From: Giardia intestinalis
Taxonomy: Eukaryota
NCBI GenBank assembly: GCA_000002435.2
Contig: CM018793.1
Length of the DNA: 64,000 bases
Direction: 5' to 3' (one strand)
Below, in pieces: positions 1 to 10,200 of this stretch. The position numbers and the translations under genes are program-made. How positions within the stretch are numbered: position 1 is the first letter of the stretch; every line of letters starts with the position of its first letter. The notes beneath the pieces are model-generated. The model saw only the letters and a list, made by a program, of their open reading frames with translations. It did not search any database and was not told the DNA's origin.

Positions 1-2110
1 GCATTCTCGGTGACTGGCTCTGCAGGGGACGGCTGCTCATTGATCGGTTGACGCCTATATTTGTTAATAATCTGCCGCACTGTTGTTGGTGAATGAGTAA
101 GCACCGTATTCAATTTCTGTACGTCCACATGAGTGTGTGACAGTTCCACCTGGGTAGAGGAATCTCTTCTGTTTGCTGTGTCTTCTTTACACATGCTATA
201 GAACCCTCCACATGATCTGCTCATCACCAAGGGTGGCTGACATGGTTGGGCATGAAAATCAACTGGGAGGACCTGGACTCCAATCTCAGCGTAGAGGGCT
301 CCAGATTCCATTGTAGCATCTTGCTTGTTCTTAGCTTTATACCTATGAGCATCTAAAAAGATTAACTTAGGTGTGTCTGTGCAAAGACTATTACTCTCCG
401 GCACACCTTTAACATCTAGCTTGTCCAATTCATGAGTAGCTGCATCCTCTTGACCCTTCCAATTAATAGACGTCTCCCGTTTGCAATACGCCAGCACAAT
501 CCTCTCAAAAACCCTCCTCTTAAGTATTATAACAACAAGCTTTTCTTTTATCAGCAGAAGGCGGGCTCTGTCACGTAAGTACTCGAACGCACCTCTAAAT
601 ATCGTCTCAACCCGTGGATGAATGCCTCTATATGTACAATTGTAGCCTGCCTCATCATCACTTAGGCAACTAAATCTGCTCGTCCCAGAATACCTTCTGA
701 TAAGAAACCGGGCTGTGCATAGCTTTCGCCATCTGCGGAAGGCTACTGATATTCTCAGTTGTTCATGCCACATAGTAAATGCCAAGAGTAATGAGCGCTT
801 AGTGACGATGGAGGAAACAGCATCATAGCTCGCATACACACGAAGACGCCTAAAAAAGACATATTGCCAGCAGTCTAGAGCCCTCTGTGTTAACGCTAGA
901 GATCTACGATGAGCAAGGTTGCGAATTGCCGCGTGAATCTTTATTATAGAGTAAAAGGATGTTGTAACTAGATAGGTGGCCCGGAGAGATACGCAGGAGT
1001 TCTCGCAGGCTGAGAGATGTCTGGTCTTGCAGCACATACTGCGAAGTGATACCCTACGCAAGAGCGAACAATGGTGCAGCGCTGCCTGTGCACACGCTCC
1101 CACCAGTTCACGATAAGCAAAGATCAGCCCGTGGCAGAGGCATCGCCGCATCACTATCGTTCGGTAGTGCAAGGAGGCCTGCATACTCAGTGTACTTATC
1201 AGCAAAGCCTTGGATTGAAAGCTCTTAAAACTCTTCCGAAGAAGGAAAGCCTCATGCAACGCTTTACATGTTCTGAAACGGTACGCACTAGTGTATCTCT
1301 GCCGTAGGGTAAACCATGCCCAGTGAAGAAGCATCTTATTGCAGATATTCTTTGCATAAGCTAGCTTGACAGATGAGAGTGCCTCGCCCATCAACCTTTT
1401 CTTTATGGAACTCTGGAGTACCGACACTCTATCTTTTCTAGAAACGTACCACGCCTTCCAATATGTAAAATAAAGAGAGCATATCCTCCCCTTGATAACG
1501 TGTCCAAAGGAGACATGCATACCTGGAGTGGCCCTGGGCTCACAAGCGAAGTGCGCACAAATGGGGGATATTACCAAAATGTTTTCATCATCCGACAAGA
1601 TGCATCTGGATCTATTGTCAGAAGATGAGGCGGCGGATGGAGAGCGCAAGAAGGGAGAGCGTGTTCGCAAGGCTGTTTCGGGAACGTCTTCTTGACAGTC
1701 TTGTTGGCACCGTTGGCCAGATGAGTCCGCAGTGTTGTTGCTGAGCAGAGAAGTTGTAATAACAGCGGTGTCGGTACCTACATCGTTAGCAGAAAGAGAA
1801 AGAGAATTCCTCGCTAGCTGAGATAACCTGACATCTTTGCCATCATAGGTGGTAGGCATAGCAAGGGCAGACGCAGAAAGGGACAATGAATTTGCTTGAA
1901 GGTCTACCGCAGGGGCGCCTAGAGACGAAGGCAAGAAGATACCCGATGACGATGAGGACAGTGGCGAAATAGATCTAAGAGGAAGTGGGGCCGGCCTGCT
2001 TGAAATGCGAAACCGCAGCTGCATGAGAGTAGTCTCGGTGCTTGGCAAGGAACTTGGCAAGGAGCTTGCACTCAATTCTGTCGCCACAGCTGTAAAGTCG
2101 TTGGCCTCCG
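1..2110 (-). CDS. hypothetical protein, 3' end truncated by window edge (>=703 codons; Ser/Leu-rich N-terminal region)
   Basis: Hand translation of the reverse strand gives one uninterrupted frame from ATG (complement of 2108-2110) down to position 1. The nearest upstream in-frame stop is near 2293. Chance of >700 stop-free codons at ~50% GC is negligible. The ORF is absent from the supplied track because it has no stop inside the window. An A/T-rich stretch (caaaagtattt) precedes the ATG. Confidence 0.55.
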
Positions 2111-2355
2111 CTAGGGCAGAGAGAGTCATCGGGGCTGAAATACTTTTGTGGGAAACAACGGTGTCTGCAGGCACCAGTGCAGACTGACTCTGCCCATTAA
2201 ATACAGAATGAGCATCTCCGGCGCCACGAAAGTCAGAAAAAACAGGGGAAAAGTCTCTTGGTGGCTCTCTAGGCCGTCTCTGCCGTGAAATGGCGCTGTA
2301 AAAACCGGTATGGAGAGCAGCTATGGGTTAAATTAAAGGAACAAACTAAAAAATA

Positions 2356-2811
2356 ATGACCGTGTTGGGTGGCGCCGCTCTCCCCCCGTTCGTAAGGATC
2401 GGAAAGCTAGTATCCTTAGACACAAAGACTACCTATGCCAAGCCAGACTACGACGAAGCGAAACTTCTGACATACGTTGTGACATTCCGCAATGGCATCG
2501 GAGTGAAGGTTCCTACAGACCTTAATATTAACTATGATAAGCTGGAAATAACGCTGACAGAGCCTGATAATGGGAAGAACGTCGCGACGATCCCGGCGTC
2601 CCAAATCATCCAAGCTATCCCATCTCAGAACGTGGCGAGTCAGGTGACAATACTGGTTGCAAACGTCAAAGGGCGCGAGTCTTACAAGGTCTGGGTCCCT
2701 CTCGATGAGATCCGTCGCGTCAATTACATTCTCCGTGACATCAACAAGATGGTGGAGCTCTATCGCGACCTGTTGGAAGAAAACGCAAATCCATTCATGA
2801 CAGCGTACTAG
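2356..2811 (+). CDS. hypothetical protein (151 aa)
   Basis: Complete ATG-initiated ORF. Very A-rich sequence (aaactaaaaaataATG) lies immediately upstream, as is typical of this genome's initiator regions. No recognisable domain. Confidence 0.5.
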   Translation: MTVLGGAALPPFVRIGKLVSLDTKTTYAKPDYDEAKLLTYVVTFRNGIGVKVPTDLNINYDKLEITLTEPDNGKNVATIPASQIIQAIPSQNVASQVTILVANVKGRESYKVWVPLDEIRRVNYILRDINKMVELYRDLLEENANPFMTAY

Positions 2812-2955
2812 GCTCGTACTATCTAAGGGCAGCCTTGCATGCCGAGGCCTAGCAAAGGTGTAAACTCATCCGTGTCATGCTGTTCATAGTTCACTCGATC
2901 ACTCCTTAATTATCTGAAACCGATACCTTCAGTCGCTGATCGGTAGGCGCCAACA

Positions 2956-3477
2956 TCACTGCTGCACGCAAATGTTCCCACCATTGCTGCCGCTGAAGTT
3001 GAGAATTAGGGCAATGATAAGACCATAGAGGGCCAGAGCCTCGCCAAAGACGAGGGTCAAGAGCATGACAACAAAGAGCTTGGGCTTTCGCGCCACAGCA
3101 CGGACACCAGCGTTACCAGTCACCCCAATGGCTATCCCAGCTGCAAGCGCAGACAGACCCGTGCAGAGCCCGGCTGCAAGGTGAGCAAAGCTGCGGAAGA
3201 GAGGAACCTCAGTCCCAAGACTGCTGAGGCTTGTATTGGTGACTATAGCGTTGATGAGCCCATAAATCCCAAGGATACCTGCCATGATGACCGGAAGAGT
3301 ATTCTTCATGGCTGCGCTGGGCTTCATGACCCCAGAGGCCACAACTCCTTTCCCAGATTTCGCGGTGCCATATGCGCTTCCAAGACACGAAAACGCAAGA
3401 CCGCAGGCTATCCCCAGGTACGAATAGAAGACAGATGTGTAGGGGCAGGCCTCGAGATTCCTGGATGTTGTCGACAT
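2956..3477 (-). CDS. V-type H+-ATPase 16 kDa proteolipid subunit c
   Basis: 173 aa with four hydrophobic helices. Motifs GSAYGTAKSG, VIMAGILGIYGLI and GNAGVRAVARKPKLFVVMLLTLVFGEALALYGLIIALIL are typical of V0 subunit c, including the conserved Glu in the last helix. ATG confirmed (cat at 3475-3477). Confidence 0.9.
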   Translation of the reverse strand: MSTTSRNLEACPYTSVFYSYLGIACGLAFSCLGSAYGTAKSGKGVVASGVMKPSAAMKNTLPVIMAGILGIYGLINAIVTNTSLSSLGTEVPLFRSFAHLAAGLCTGLSALAAGIAIGVTGNAGVRAVARKPKLFVVMLLTLVFGEALALYGLIIALILNFSGSNGGNICVQQ

Positions 3478-3554
3478 CGACTTTTAATTTTCCACCTTTC
3501 CACTATGCGTTGTCACATATTCCATTTTACGATGCGTAACTGGTGCTTGGCAAA
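3478..3554. promoter_or_regulatory. short AT-rich divergent intergenic region between the V-ATPase c gene (-) and the macro-domain gene (+)
   Basis: 77 bp AT-rich spacer between two divergently oriented start codons. A-rich sequence (ggcaaaATG) is immediately upstream of the + gene ATG. Confidence 0.35.
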
Positions 3555-4649
3555 ATGACAGAATCCGCAGCCTCGGAGGCGGTCGCTCAATCCCCACAAA
3601 GGGAGGCGCCCCCGGCTCAGCCCAGCGCGGGGGTGGACTACTCTATGGAGGTGGAGGTCAATCAGGCCTTTGCAAATGCACAAGCAGAGCAACAGCAGCA
3701 GCAGATTCAAATGGACGAACTGCCTGAAAAGAAGTTCAGCCACTGGGATAACCTCCCTATTCTTTTACGGCGCACCCTAATGGATTCGGGAAATGTGCTT
3801 TGGTCCGAAGCCGTCAAAGCACTTACCAGGGCAGCGAAGCTGCCGCCCCTCTACCAACCGATGCACTCATATGCCAAGACGGCCAACCTGGGCTCACTTG
3901 TTAACATTCCAAAGCCCAACAACGAAATAAATAAGCGCATCTGCGTGGTTCAGGGCGATCTGACGGCTCTACGGACCGAGGCCTATATAGTCCCGGTGTC
4001 CCCCTCCCTCTCGGGCGCAGATGGAAGCGAGGTGAACGCTTTGGTTCATGCTAAGGCAGGACCGCAGCTTCACACGGAGTTGAAGCGAGTGGGAGCCACA
4101 TTGCGTACCGGAGAAGCGTGCTTGACCCGGGCATACAACGTAGGCGCCGATGACCCCGATGAGGAGACAGGGCTCCTTTATCCTATGTTCTTGCTGCACA
4201 CGCTCACTCCAAAGACAGAGGACGCGGCAGCATTAAAGTCTTGCTATGAAAGAACTCTTTACATAGCTCTGTCCGAAGAGCTGCGGACCATCGCCACGCC
4301 CATTCTTGCTGGGGTTCCGTATCCCCGTGCTGGAACGGAGTACTATCCGTTAGTTGGCAGCATTCACGTCATGCTCTCTGTTCTCCGGTCTTGGCTAGAT
4401 CGGCAGGATGTAAGAGATAGGGTCGATCTCTTCATAATCTGTTGTGCAACTGACAGGGAGACCCATATTCTTCAGGAGCTTATGCCCTTATACTTTCCGC
4501 GTGACTATGAGGCAGAGGAGGATGACATATTGAACGACCCACCTCCACCGCCTGTTGAGGAAGCTCCTCCTCCTCCACAGGGTAAAAAGTCCCGGAAGAA
4601 TAGCAAACAGGGAAGTCGCAAGAGTTCAAAGAGTAAGAAGAAACGGTAA
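3555..4649 (+). CDS. macro domain (ADP-ribose-binding) protein with Pro-rich, Lys-rich C-terminal tail
   Basis: The track ORF begins with GTG at 3543; the first ATG is at 3555. Macro-domain signature order: ICVVQGDLT, VNALVHAKAGPQL, GEACLTRAYNV, LLHTLTP, YIALSEELRTIATPILAGVPYP. A poly-Gln stretch and a KKSRKNSK tail are also present. Confidence 0.7.
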   Translation: MTESAASEAVAQSPQREAPPAQPSAGVDYSMEVEVNQAFANAQAEQQQQQIQMDELPEKKFSHWDNLPILLRRTLMDSGNVLWSEAVKALTRAAKLPPLYQPMHSYAKTANLGSLVNIPKPNNEINKRICVVQGDLTALRTEAYIVPVSPSLSGADGSEVNALVHAKAGPQLHTELKRVGATLRTGEACLTRAYNVGADDPDEETGLLYPMFLLHTLTPKTEDAAALKSCYERTLYIALSEELRTIATPILAGVPYPRAGTEYYPLVGSIHVMLSVLRSWLDRQDVRDRVDLFIICCATDRETHILQELMPLYFPRDYEAEEDDILNDPPPPPVEEAPPPPQGKKSRKNSKQGSRKSSKSKKKR

Positions 4650-4655
4650 TTACCT

Positions 4656-4662
4656 AGTAAAT
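4656..4662 (+). terminator. putative poly(A) signal AGTAAAT (AGTRAAY class) 7 nt after the macro-domain gene stop
   Basis: Sequence match to the Giardia-type AGTRAAY motif just downstream of the TAA at 4647-4649. Confidence 0.4.
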
Positions 4663-4690
4663 ATCAGTACTTACACCGCTCAAGCTCTGC

Positions 4691-7108
4691 ATGAGCTGGA
4701 CCGCGTTCGAGCAGGGATCAGCTCTTTCAGAACCCCACCAGGCTCCTGTCTCGTTCATGGAGCTCACACGACCCAAATTCAAGAGCTACCAGCCTTTGCC
4801 CTCCAGCAGCCGTAGGTTCAGCGATGGTATGCCCTTAGCCCCGTTTCAGACAGAACTGAATAGAGACACCAGACATACTGAGCTTGGCAACGAACTGACC
4901 GATCTCCTCCGCCTAGTGACTGCGCGGCCTGGTGCTATACCTAAGCTAGTGCATGCACGCTACCAGGAGAAGCCGCGACTCAGCTCTGCGCCCCCTGCAG
5001 TTCCTGAGGCAATACGTGCGCCCCCTATTGAGGAAACGAATCTTGCACTCTCGGTATCCACAGTTCCTATCGTGACTCCGCAGTTTCTGCAGTTCAAAAC
5101 GATGAGTCCAAAACGGCTCAGAAGCCCGCAACACAAAAGGGGAAAGACAGACAAATCCAATAGATCCCCTACCAGTACATTAGAAGAGCTTGAAGACCGG
5201 ATTCGTCAGTTGGAGGCTGACAGAGATGCTATCACCCTGAAGTACCAACATAAACTTCAAAGCGAGCGTAATCAGCTCACCTGTGACAGATTAGACGCGC
5301 AGAAGACAGCAGTTATGGACACACAGCAGGAGTCCCAGATACAGCAGCCAACATCAGCTACCACCCACCTCACCACCTCACAACAGGAGGAGCTACGCCT
5401 CATGTCGCAACATGCATGGAATCCCCAGCAATTCTGGGGCACAGTTGACGCAGTTAAACCTCTCATCACACAGGACGCAGACCTTTCACCGACTCCAGAG
5501 GCAGAGAGTGTAGTGCTTGCAAGTAAGGGCATCACTCCGCCTTTAACACACGATGTTCACTGTCATCTTACAAAGCAATTCCTCGTTTCAGATGAGCACA
5601 GTGCTTTGGGGCTTTCTCTTGGTCCCAAGTCTGTCTCGCCAAGAGAATTCAAACGTCAGCAGGAAAAACAAGTTGTCCCAAATGTTGACATACATGCACA
5701 CAGATCTCGCGTTCCAAGGCCTCGCGATCCGCAAGATGTCTACATGGATGTCAATGTGCATGCTACACCCCTATATCCACAGCCTGTGACATGTCCCGCT
5801 AGAAAAGATCAGGAATCTTCTCAGTCACAGACAAATCCTCTTACGTATGATGAGTCTCACTTATTATTTGCAAGTTGGGGCGATGGACACCGTCAAAGGG
5901 AGCATTCTGTCAATACCAATGATATGGTATCTTCATCTGGTGGCGGATTGTCACCGGTTCAACCAGACATTAAGAAAACAAAGAGACGCAGTAAGAAGAG
6001 CGCTGTTGAACGAGCCACGACGCCATCTGTCGATGCTCTCGAAGATGCCCAGAAGTCCCTAGAGCAACTGTACCGCAACAAGCTGCGCCCCATGAACAAG
6101 CCCACAAAACCTTCGAATAATCATGCCGTGCCAGTTTATTCTGAGTTTACTGAGCTGGAGCCTCAGGAACAGCCACAAATTCTGGCACATCTGAGGAAGA
6201 CAATCACACCGCGTCTCTTGGACGCGACAGAAATTTACAATCAATATGCTCCAGTTAATACACCCGAGCAGGACCAACGAATGGCCAAGACGCTGACTCA
6301 ACGACACGAATTCATTCCCATTATATCGTCTGCACTGTTTGAGGACGGCGATGCCATTCAAATGAAGCCAACCCTCCAGGAATCTCAGGGAGGGTGTGTG
6401 TCTCAAGGAAAAGTGGCGACTGCATCCAGCGTCCTCGGCACAAGTGGCCTCATTGGCCAAAGCACGCACACACAGTTTTTTGCTAAGAGCATTCTAGACA
6501 AGAATGTCCTCATCGGAAGCACGTGCTATCTTGCTGAACGAAGCACAAGTCACTCAGACTATCGCAGTGACTGTATCTTGCCTCAACTAGTTCCGGTCAA
6601 GATAGACGACATAAACAACATAGAGGAAGCGCTCACAGAATCCGTTATTGACATCACCAAAGATGAGTCACCAATCTTTTCCGGGGCAACTGTGCGGATG
6701 GATGCTGGTCGGGGAAAGCAAACAAAGCTGTTAACCCGAAAGCAGGTGACTATAGACAACACGTCTAGGCAAACCAAGAAGCCTCGAAGCCGGAGCCGTG
6801 TGATGTTTGCTGGAATTGACATGAGTGAGACAGGCAGCGCACTGTCCTCGTCACCGCAAGTCCAGCGCGAACTTGTGCCCACCACTACACAACCGAAGAT
6901 CGCTGCACATGTGACACGAAGGCTGGAGCCAAACGAAGATAACTTTCAGCGTGCCATCGCGGTGCCCGATGCCATGGCAGGTTCAACCTCTGAAGTCTCA
7001 AGGATTGAATTGCTGGGACCGGTACCTATGGCCACTAGTTTTAATTCACAGTTACTCACCGATGACCTCGGAGCGCACAATTACACTCTCTTGCTGGAAT
7101 CTCATTAG
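4691..7108 (+). CDS. hypothetical protein (805 aa), low complexity with a short coiled-coil segment
   Basis: Long ATG-initiated ORF (ATG verified at 4691). LEELEDRIRQLEADRDAITLKYQHKLQ is coiled-coil-like. No recognisable domain. Confidence 0.6.
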   Translation: MSWTAFEQGSALSEPHQAPVSFMELTRPKFKSYQPLPSSSRRFSDGMPLAPFQTELNRDTRHTELGNELTDLLRLVTARPGAIPKLVHARYQEKPRLSSAPPAVPEAIRAPPIEETNLALSVSTVPIVTPQFLQFKTMSPKRLRSPQHKRGKTDKSNRSPTSTLEELEDRIRQLEADRDAITLKYQHKLQSERNQLTCDRLDAQKTAVMDTQQESQIQQPTSATTHLTTSQQEELRLMSQHAWNPQQFWGTVDAVKPLITQDADLSPTPEAESVVLASKGITPPLTHDVHCHLTKQFLVSDEHSALGLSLGPKSVSPREFKRQQEKQVVPNVDIHAHRSRVPRPRDPQDVYMDVNVHATPLYPQPVTCPARKDQESSQSQTNPLTYDESHLLFASWGDGHRQREHSVNTNDMVSSSGGGLSPVQPDIKKTKRRSKKSAVERATTPSVDALEDAQKSLEQLYRNKLRPMNKPTKPSNNHAVPVYSEFTELEPQEQPQILAHLRKTITPRLLDATEIYNQYAPVNTPEQDQRMAKTLTQRHEFIPIISSALFEDGDAIQMKPTLQESQGGCVSQGKVATASSVLGTSGLIGQSTHTQFFAKSILDKNVLIGSTCYLAERSTSHSDYRSDCILPQLVPVKIDDINNIEEALTESVIDITKDESPIFSGATVRMDAGRGKQTKLLTRKQVTIDNTSRQTKKPRSRSRVMFAGIDMSETGSALSSSPQVQRELVPTTTQPKIAAHVTRRLEPNEDNFQRAIAVPDAMAGSTSEVSRIELLGPVPMATSFNSQLLTDDLGAHNYTLLLESH

Positions 7109-7237
7109 AATCCGGCCACCTCGATTTGAACTGATAGAAGTAAGCGCATCAGGTTGTTTTCAGGTGTACCTACTGTGCTGCGGATGCCTGAGTTAAAGTG
7201 AATGTGACAAGGGCAAATTCCCATGGTCCAACATTAA

Positions 7238-10200
7238 ATGTTATCAGACAGCGCTTCCCAGAGGTACACAGTGCCGTCTATCTTGGGTCAAGGAGCGCTA
7301 GGGAGAACGTATGTTGCAGAACGAACAAGCGATGGACGGCAGGTAGTAGTCAAGGAGATTGACTTAGGTGCCTTCTTTACCGATGAAGCAATCGCCATTG
7401 AGACAGAGCTGAACGTTTTATTAGACGGAAATAGCGATTATTTGGTTAATGTGTATAGCATTTTTCGTGATAGCGCGCTTAATTACTTATATTTGGAGTC
7501 AGAGTATTGTACGGGCGGCTCTCTCGAGGATCTTATCAAGCAGCATCGAAAAGGTGGCACTTCTGCTCCAGAGCCATTTGTCTGGGAGGTCCTATCGCAG
7601 ATGGCCTATGGACTCCGCGACCTGCATAGACTGTACAAGCAGACAGAAAGAAAAGTGCTTATACGTCTTAGACCTTCGAGTGTGTTATTTACCAATGCTG
7701 GAAGGCTAAAACTTGGTGACCTAAGCCCTTGTTCTCTTAGTCACAGTCTTCCGATGCGTGTTACTTCCTCTCTGCCACCTGAGCTCTTTGAAGATAAGAG
7801 AGCGCCTCGTGGGCCAGACGGCGGTTACGGATTTACACCTAGTTCAGATATATGGTCACTGGGCTGCATACTTCTTGAGCTGTGTACGCTTCAATCAGTT
7901 ACGGCACTAGCAGACCCTATAGATGATGTGATCACCACGAAGATGGATCACTACTCGGAGGATCTTAGAATAATGGTGCGAATGTGTCTTCGAAAACATG
8001 CATCTGATCGTATTTCTAGCGAAAATCTTTGCTTGCTACCCCAGGTGAAGCAAGCCCTTTCTCAGTTTCAATCTATCACGGCATCGTGTGCCTCCCCACC
8101 CTCCCCCGGAGTTTTACGGTCAGAGTCGCGAGGACAACGGTATAACATGGTAGAGGGAGACACAGAGCTTATCTTGGCTGCGGCAGTTGGAAAAGCATTT
8201 GCAGTTCAACAATACATTATGCAAGCAGGTGTATCTAACGCTCAGGGCCAAACAGCCATGATGTTGGCAGCCATGTACGGCCATTCAGATTGTGTTGCTT
8301 TGCTCCTGGAGTGTGAACACGGTTTACGAGATGCAGCAGGCAAAACCGCCCTCATGTATGCTGCAGAACATGGGCATGCGGGGTGTGTAGGACTTCTTAA
8401 AGAGGCAGAGGGCGGTCTGACCAGCTCCATCGGGCAAACAGCCCTTATGCTGGCGGCTACAACCGGCTCCGAGGTCTGCGTTCATCTACTTCTTACCCTT
8501 GAAAGTGGTATGAAGGATGCGGCAGGGATGACAGCACTGATGCATGCTGTCCTCCACGAGAAGCTCTCTTGTGTTAACATTCTGATGCTTTGTGAGGCAC
8601 GTATCACCAATCTAGAGGGTGAAACGGCCCTGATTTCTGCTATTCGCTTTGAGAACATAGAGTGTGTTAAGAAGCTAGCTGAGCTGGAAGCAGGCATCTC
8701 TAGTGTCGAAGGAAAGTTGGCCATCATTATAGCACTTGAGCAACACTATTTGGAAGGCTTCACTATTCTTCTAGAACATGAAGCAATGACAGAGGAAGGT
8801 TGCCGTCTTGTACTTAGGTCTTTGATGCAAAGCGAAAGTGAGGAGTTCTATCAGACCCTAGAGGCACACGCGGCAAAGCATAGTATTGCGCTCGGAAGCG
8901 GACTAAGAAACCCCAAGTCTGTATGTAAGAACAAGACAGACCTGATGCTTGCAGCAGAGGCAGGAGACACGCAAAGAGTCAAGCAGTACCTCGAGCAGCA
9001 GGGCCAAATCACCACTGATGGTTGGACTGCCTTAATGCTTGCAGCCAAGAACAACCACCTACAGTGTTGCGAGTTACTTCTGCACGAGGGAAATATCGGT
9101 GTGAAGGGCAGAAACACTGCACTTACCCATGCCATGGCAGCGAATGCTGGACCTTGTGCAGACATCCTTTATCCTGTAGAAAAGTACAGTAGCAATGTTA
9201 CTAGCTTGATGTGGCACTCTTACAAGGGAGATATAGAATTTGTCGTCCAAAACCTCCGAGATGTGCGCAAACAAACTATTACGGGAGTAACAGCGCTGAT
9301 GTATGCTGCACAACAGGGTCATATTGCATGCGTCCAAGTTCTGGTAGACTATGAGCTCAAGCTGCGTAGTCAAGCTGGCTGGACGGCACTCATGTATGCA
9401 GCCGCCTTTGGGAACGCCGCTTGCATCTGGCTTCTCTTTGCAGAGGCCCGGCTTGAAAATAGAGACGGAGAAACTGCACTTATTCTGGCCACCAAGGGCG
9501 GCCATTCGTCGTGTCTCGATCGTCTCTGCCAGTATGAGCACAGGCTTCGAAACAGACACGGGTGGACTGCGCTGATGCACGCTGCTGCACAGAACGACAT
9601 CGGTGCAGTGAAACTACTGGTTCAGCACGAAGCAGGAATTCAAGACAGAAAAGGTCAGACAGCCCTCATGATCGCAGTGACGAATGGCCATCTGGAGTGC
9701 GCAGAGATACTTCTGATGGAGGCTCAACTAACAACGCATAAGTCGCTACCATTTACGGGAGCGTTGTCAGGATCATCAGATACTAAGGGAACAACTGCCC
9801 TTCTAATTGCCATGAGAATGGGCTTTGCCGAGGGAACGCGGCTATTAGGACGGCTAGAGGATAAATCCACTCCTGTTACCAATTTGATGATTGGTGCCAG
9901 TGCGGGAAGCGTTGACCAGGTTCGGTATTATATCAATCAAGCAGGAATGACAGATGAAATAGGCGCAACTGCTTTGATGTACGCCGCAGCCGCCGGGAAC
10001 GCTGCATGTGTTGAGCTCTTGATGGACATCGAGGCAGGAAGAAAGACAGATGCGGGAGATACGGCGTTGATGCTGGCCCTAAGGCAGAACCATCTGGCAT
10101 GTATGATGCTCCTGTTGGATAGTGAAGAGCACCTTCATGAGTCCTCAAAGCAGTCAATTATTCGCACAGCAATAGCACTAGAGAGGCGACTCTGCTTTGA

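Noticed and set aside
3181-3558. 125-aa plus-strand ORF overlapping the V-ATPase subunit c gene
   Set aside because: It is antisense to a gene with unmistakable V0-c motifs.
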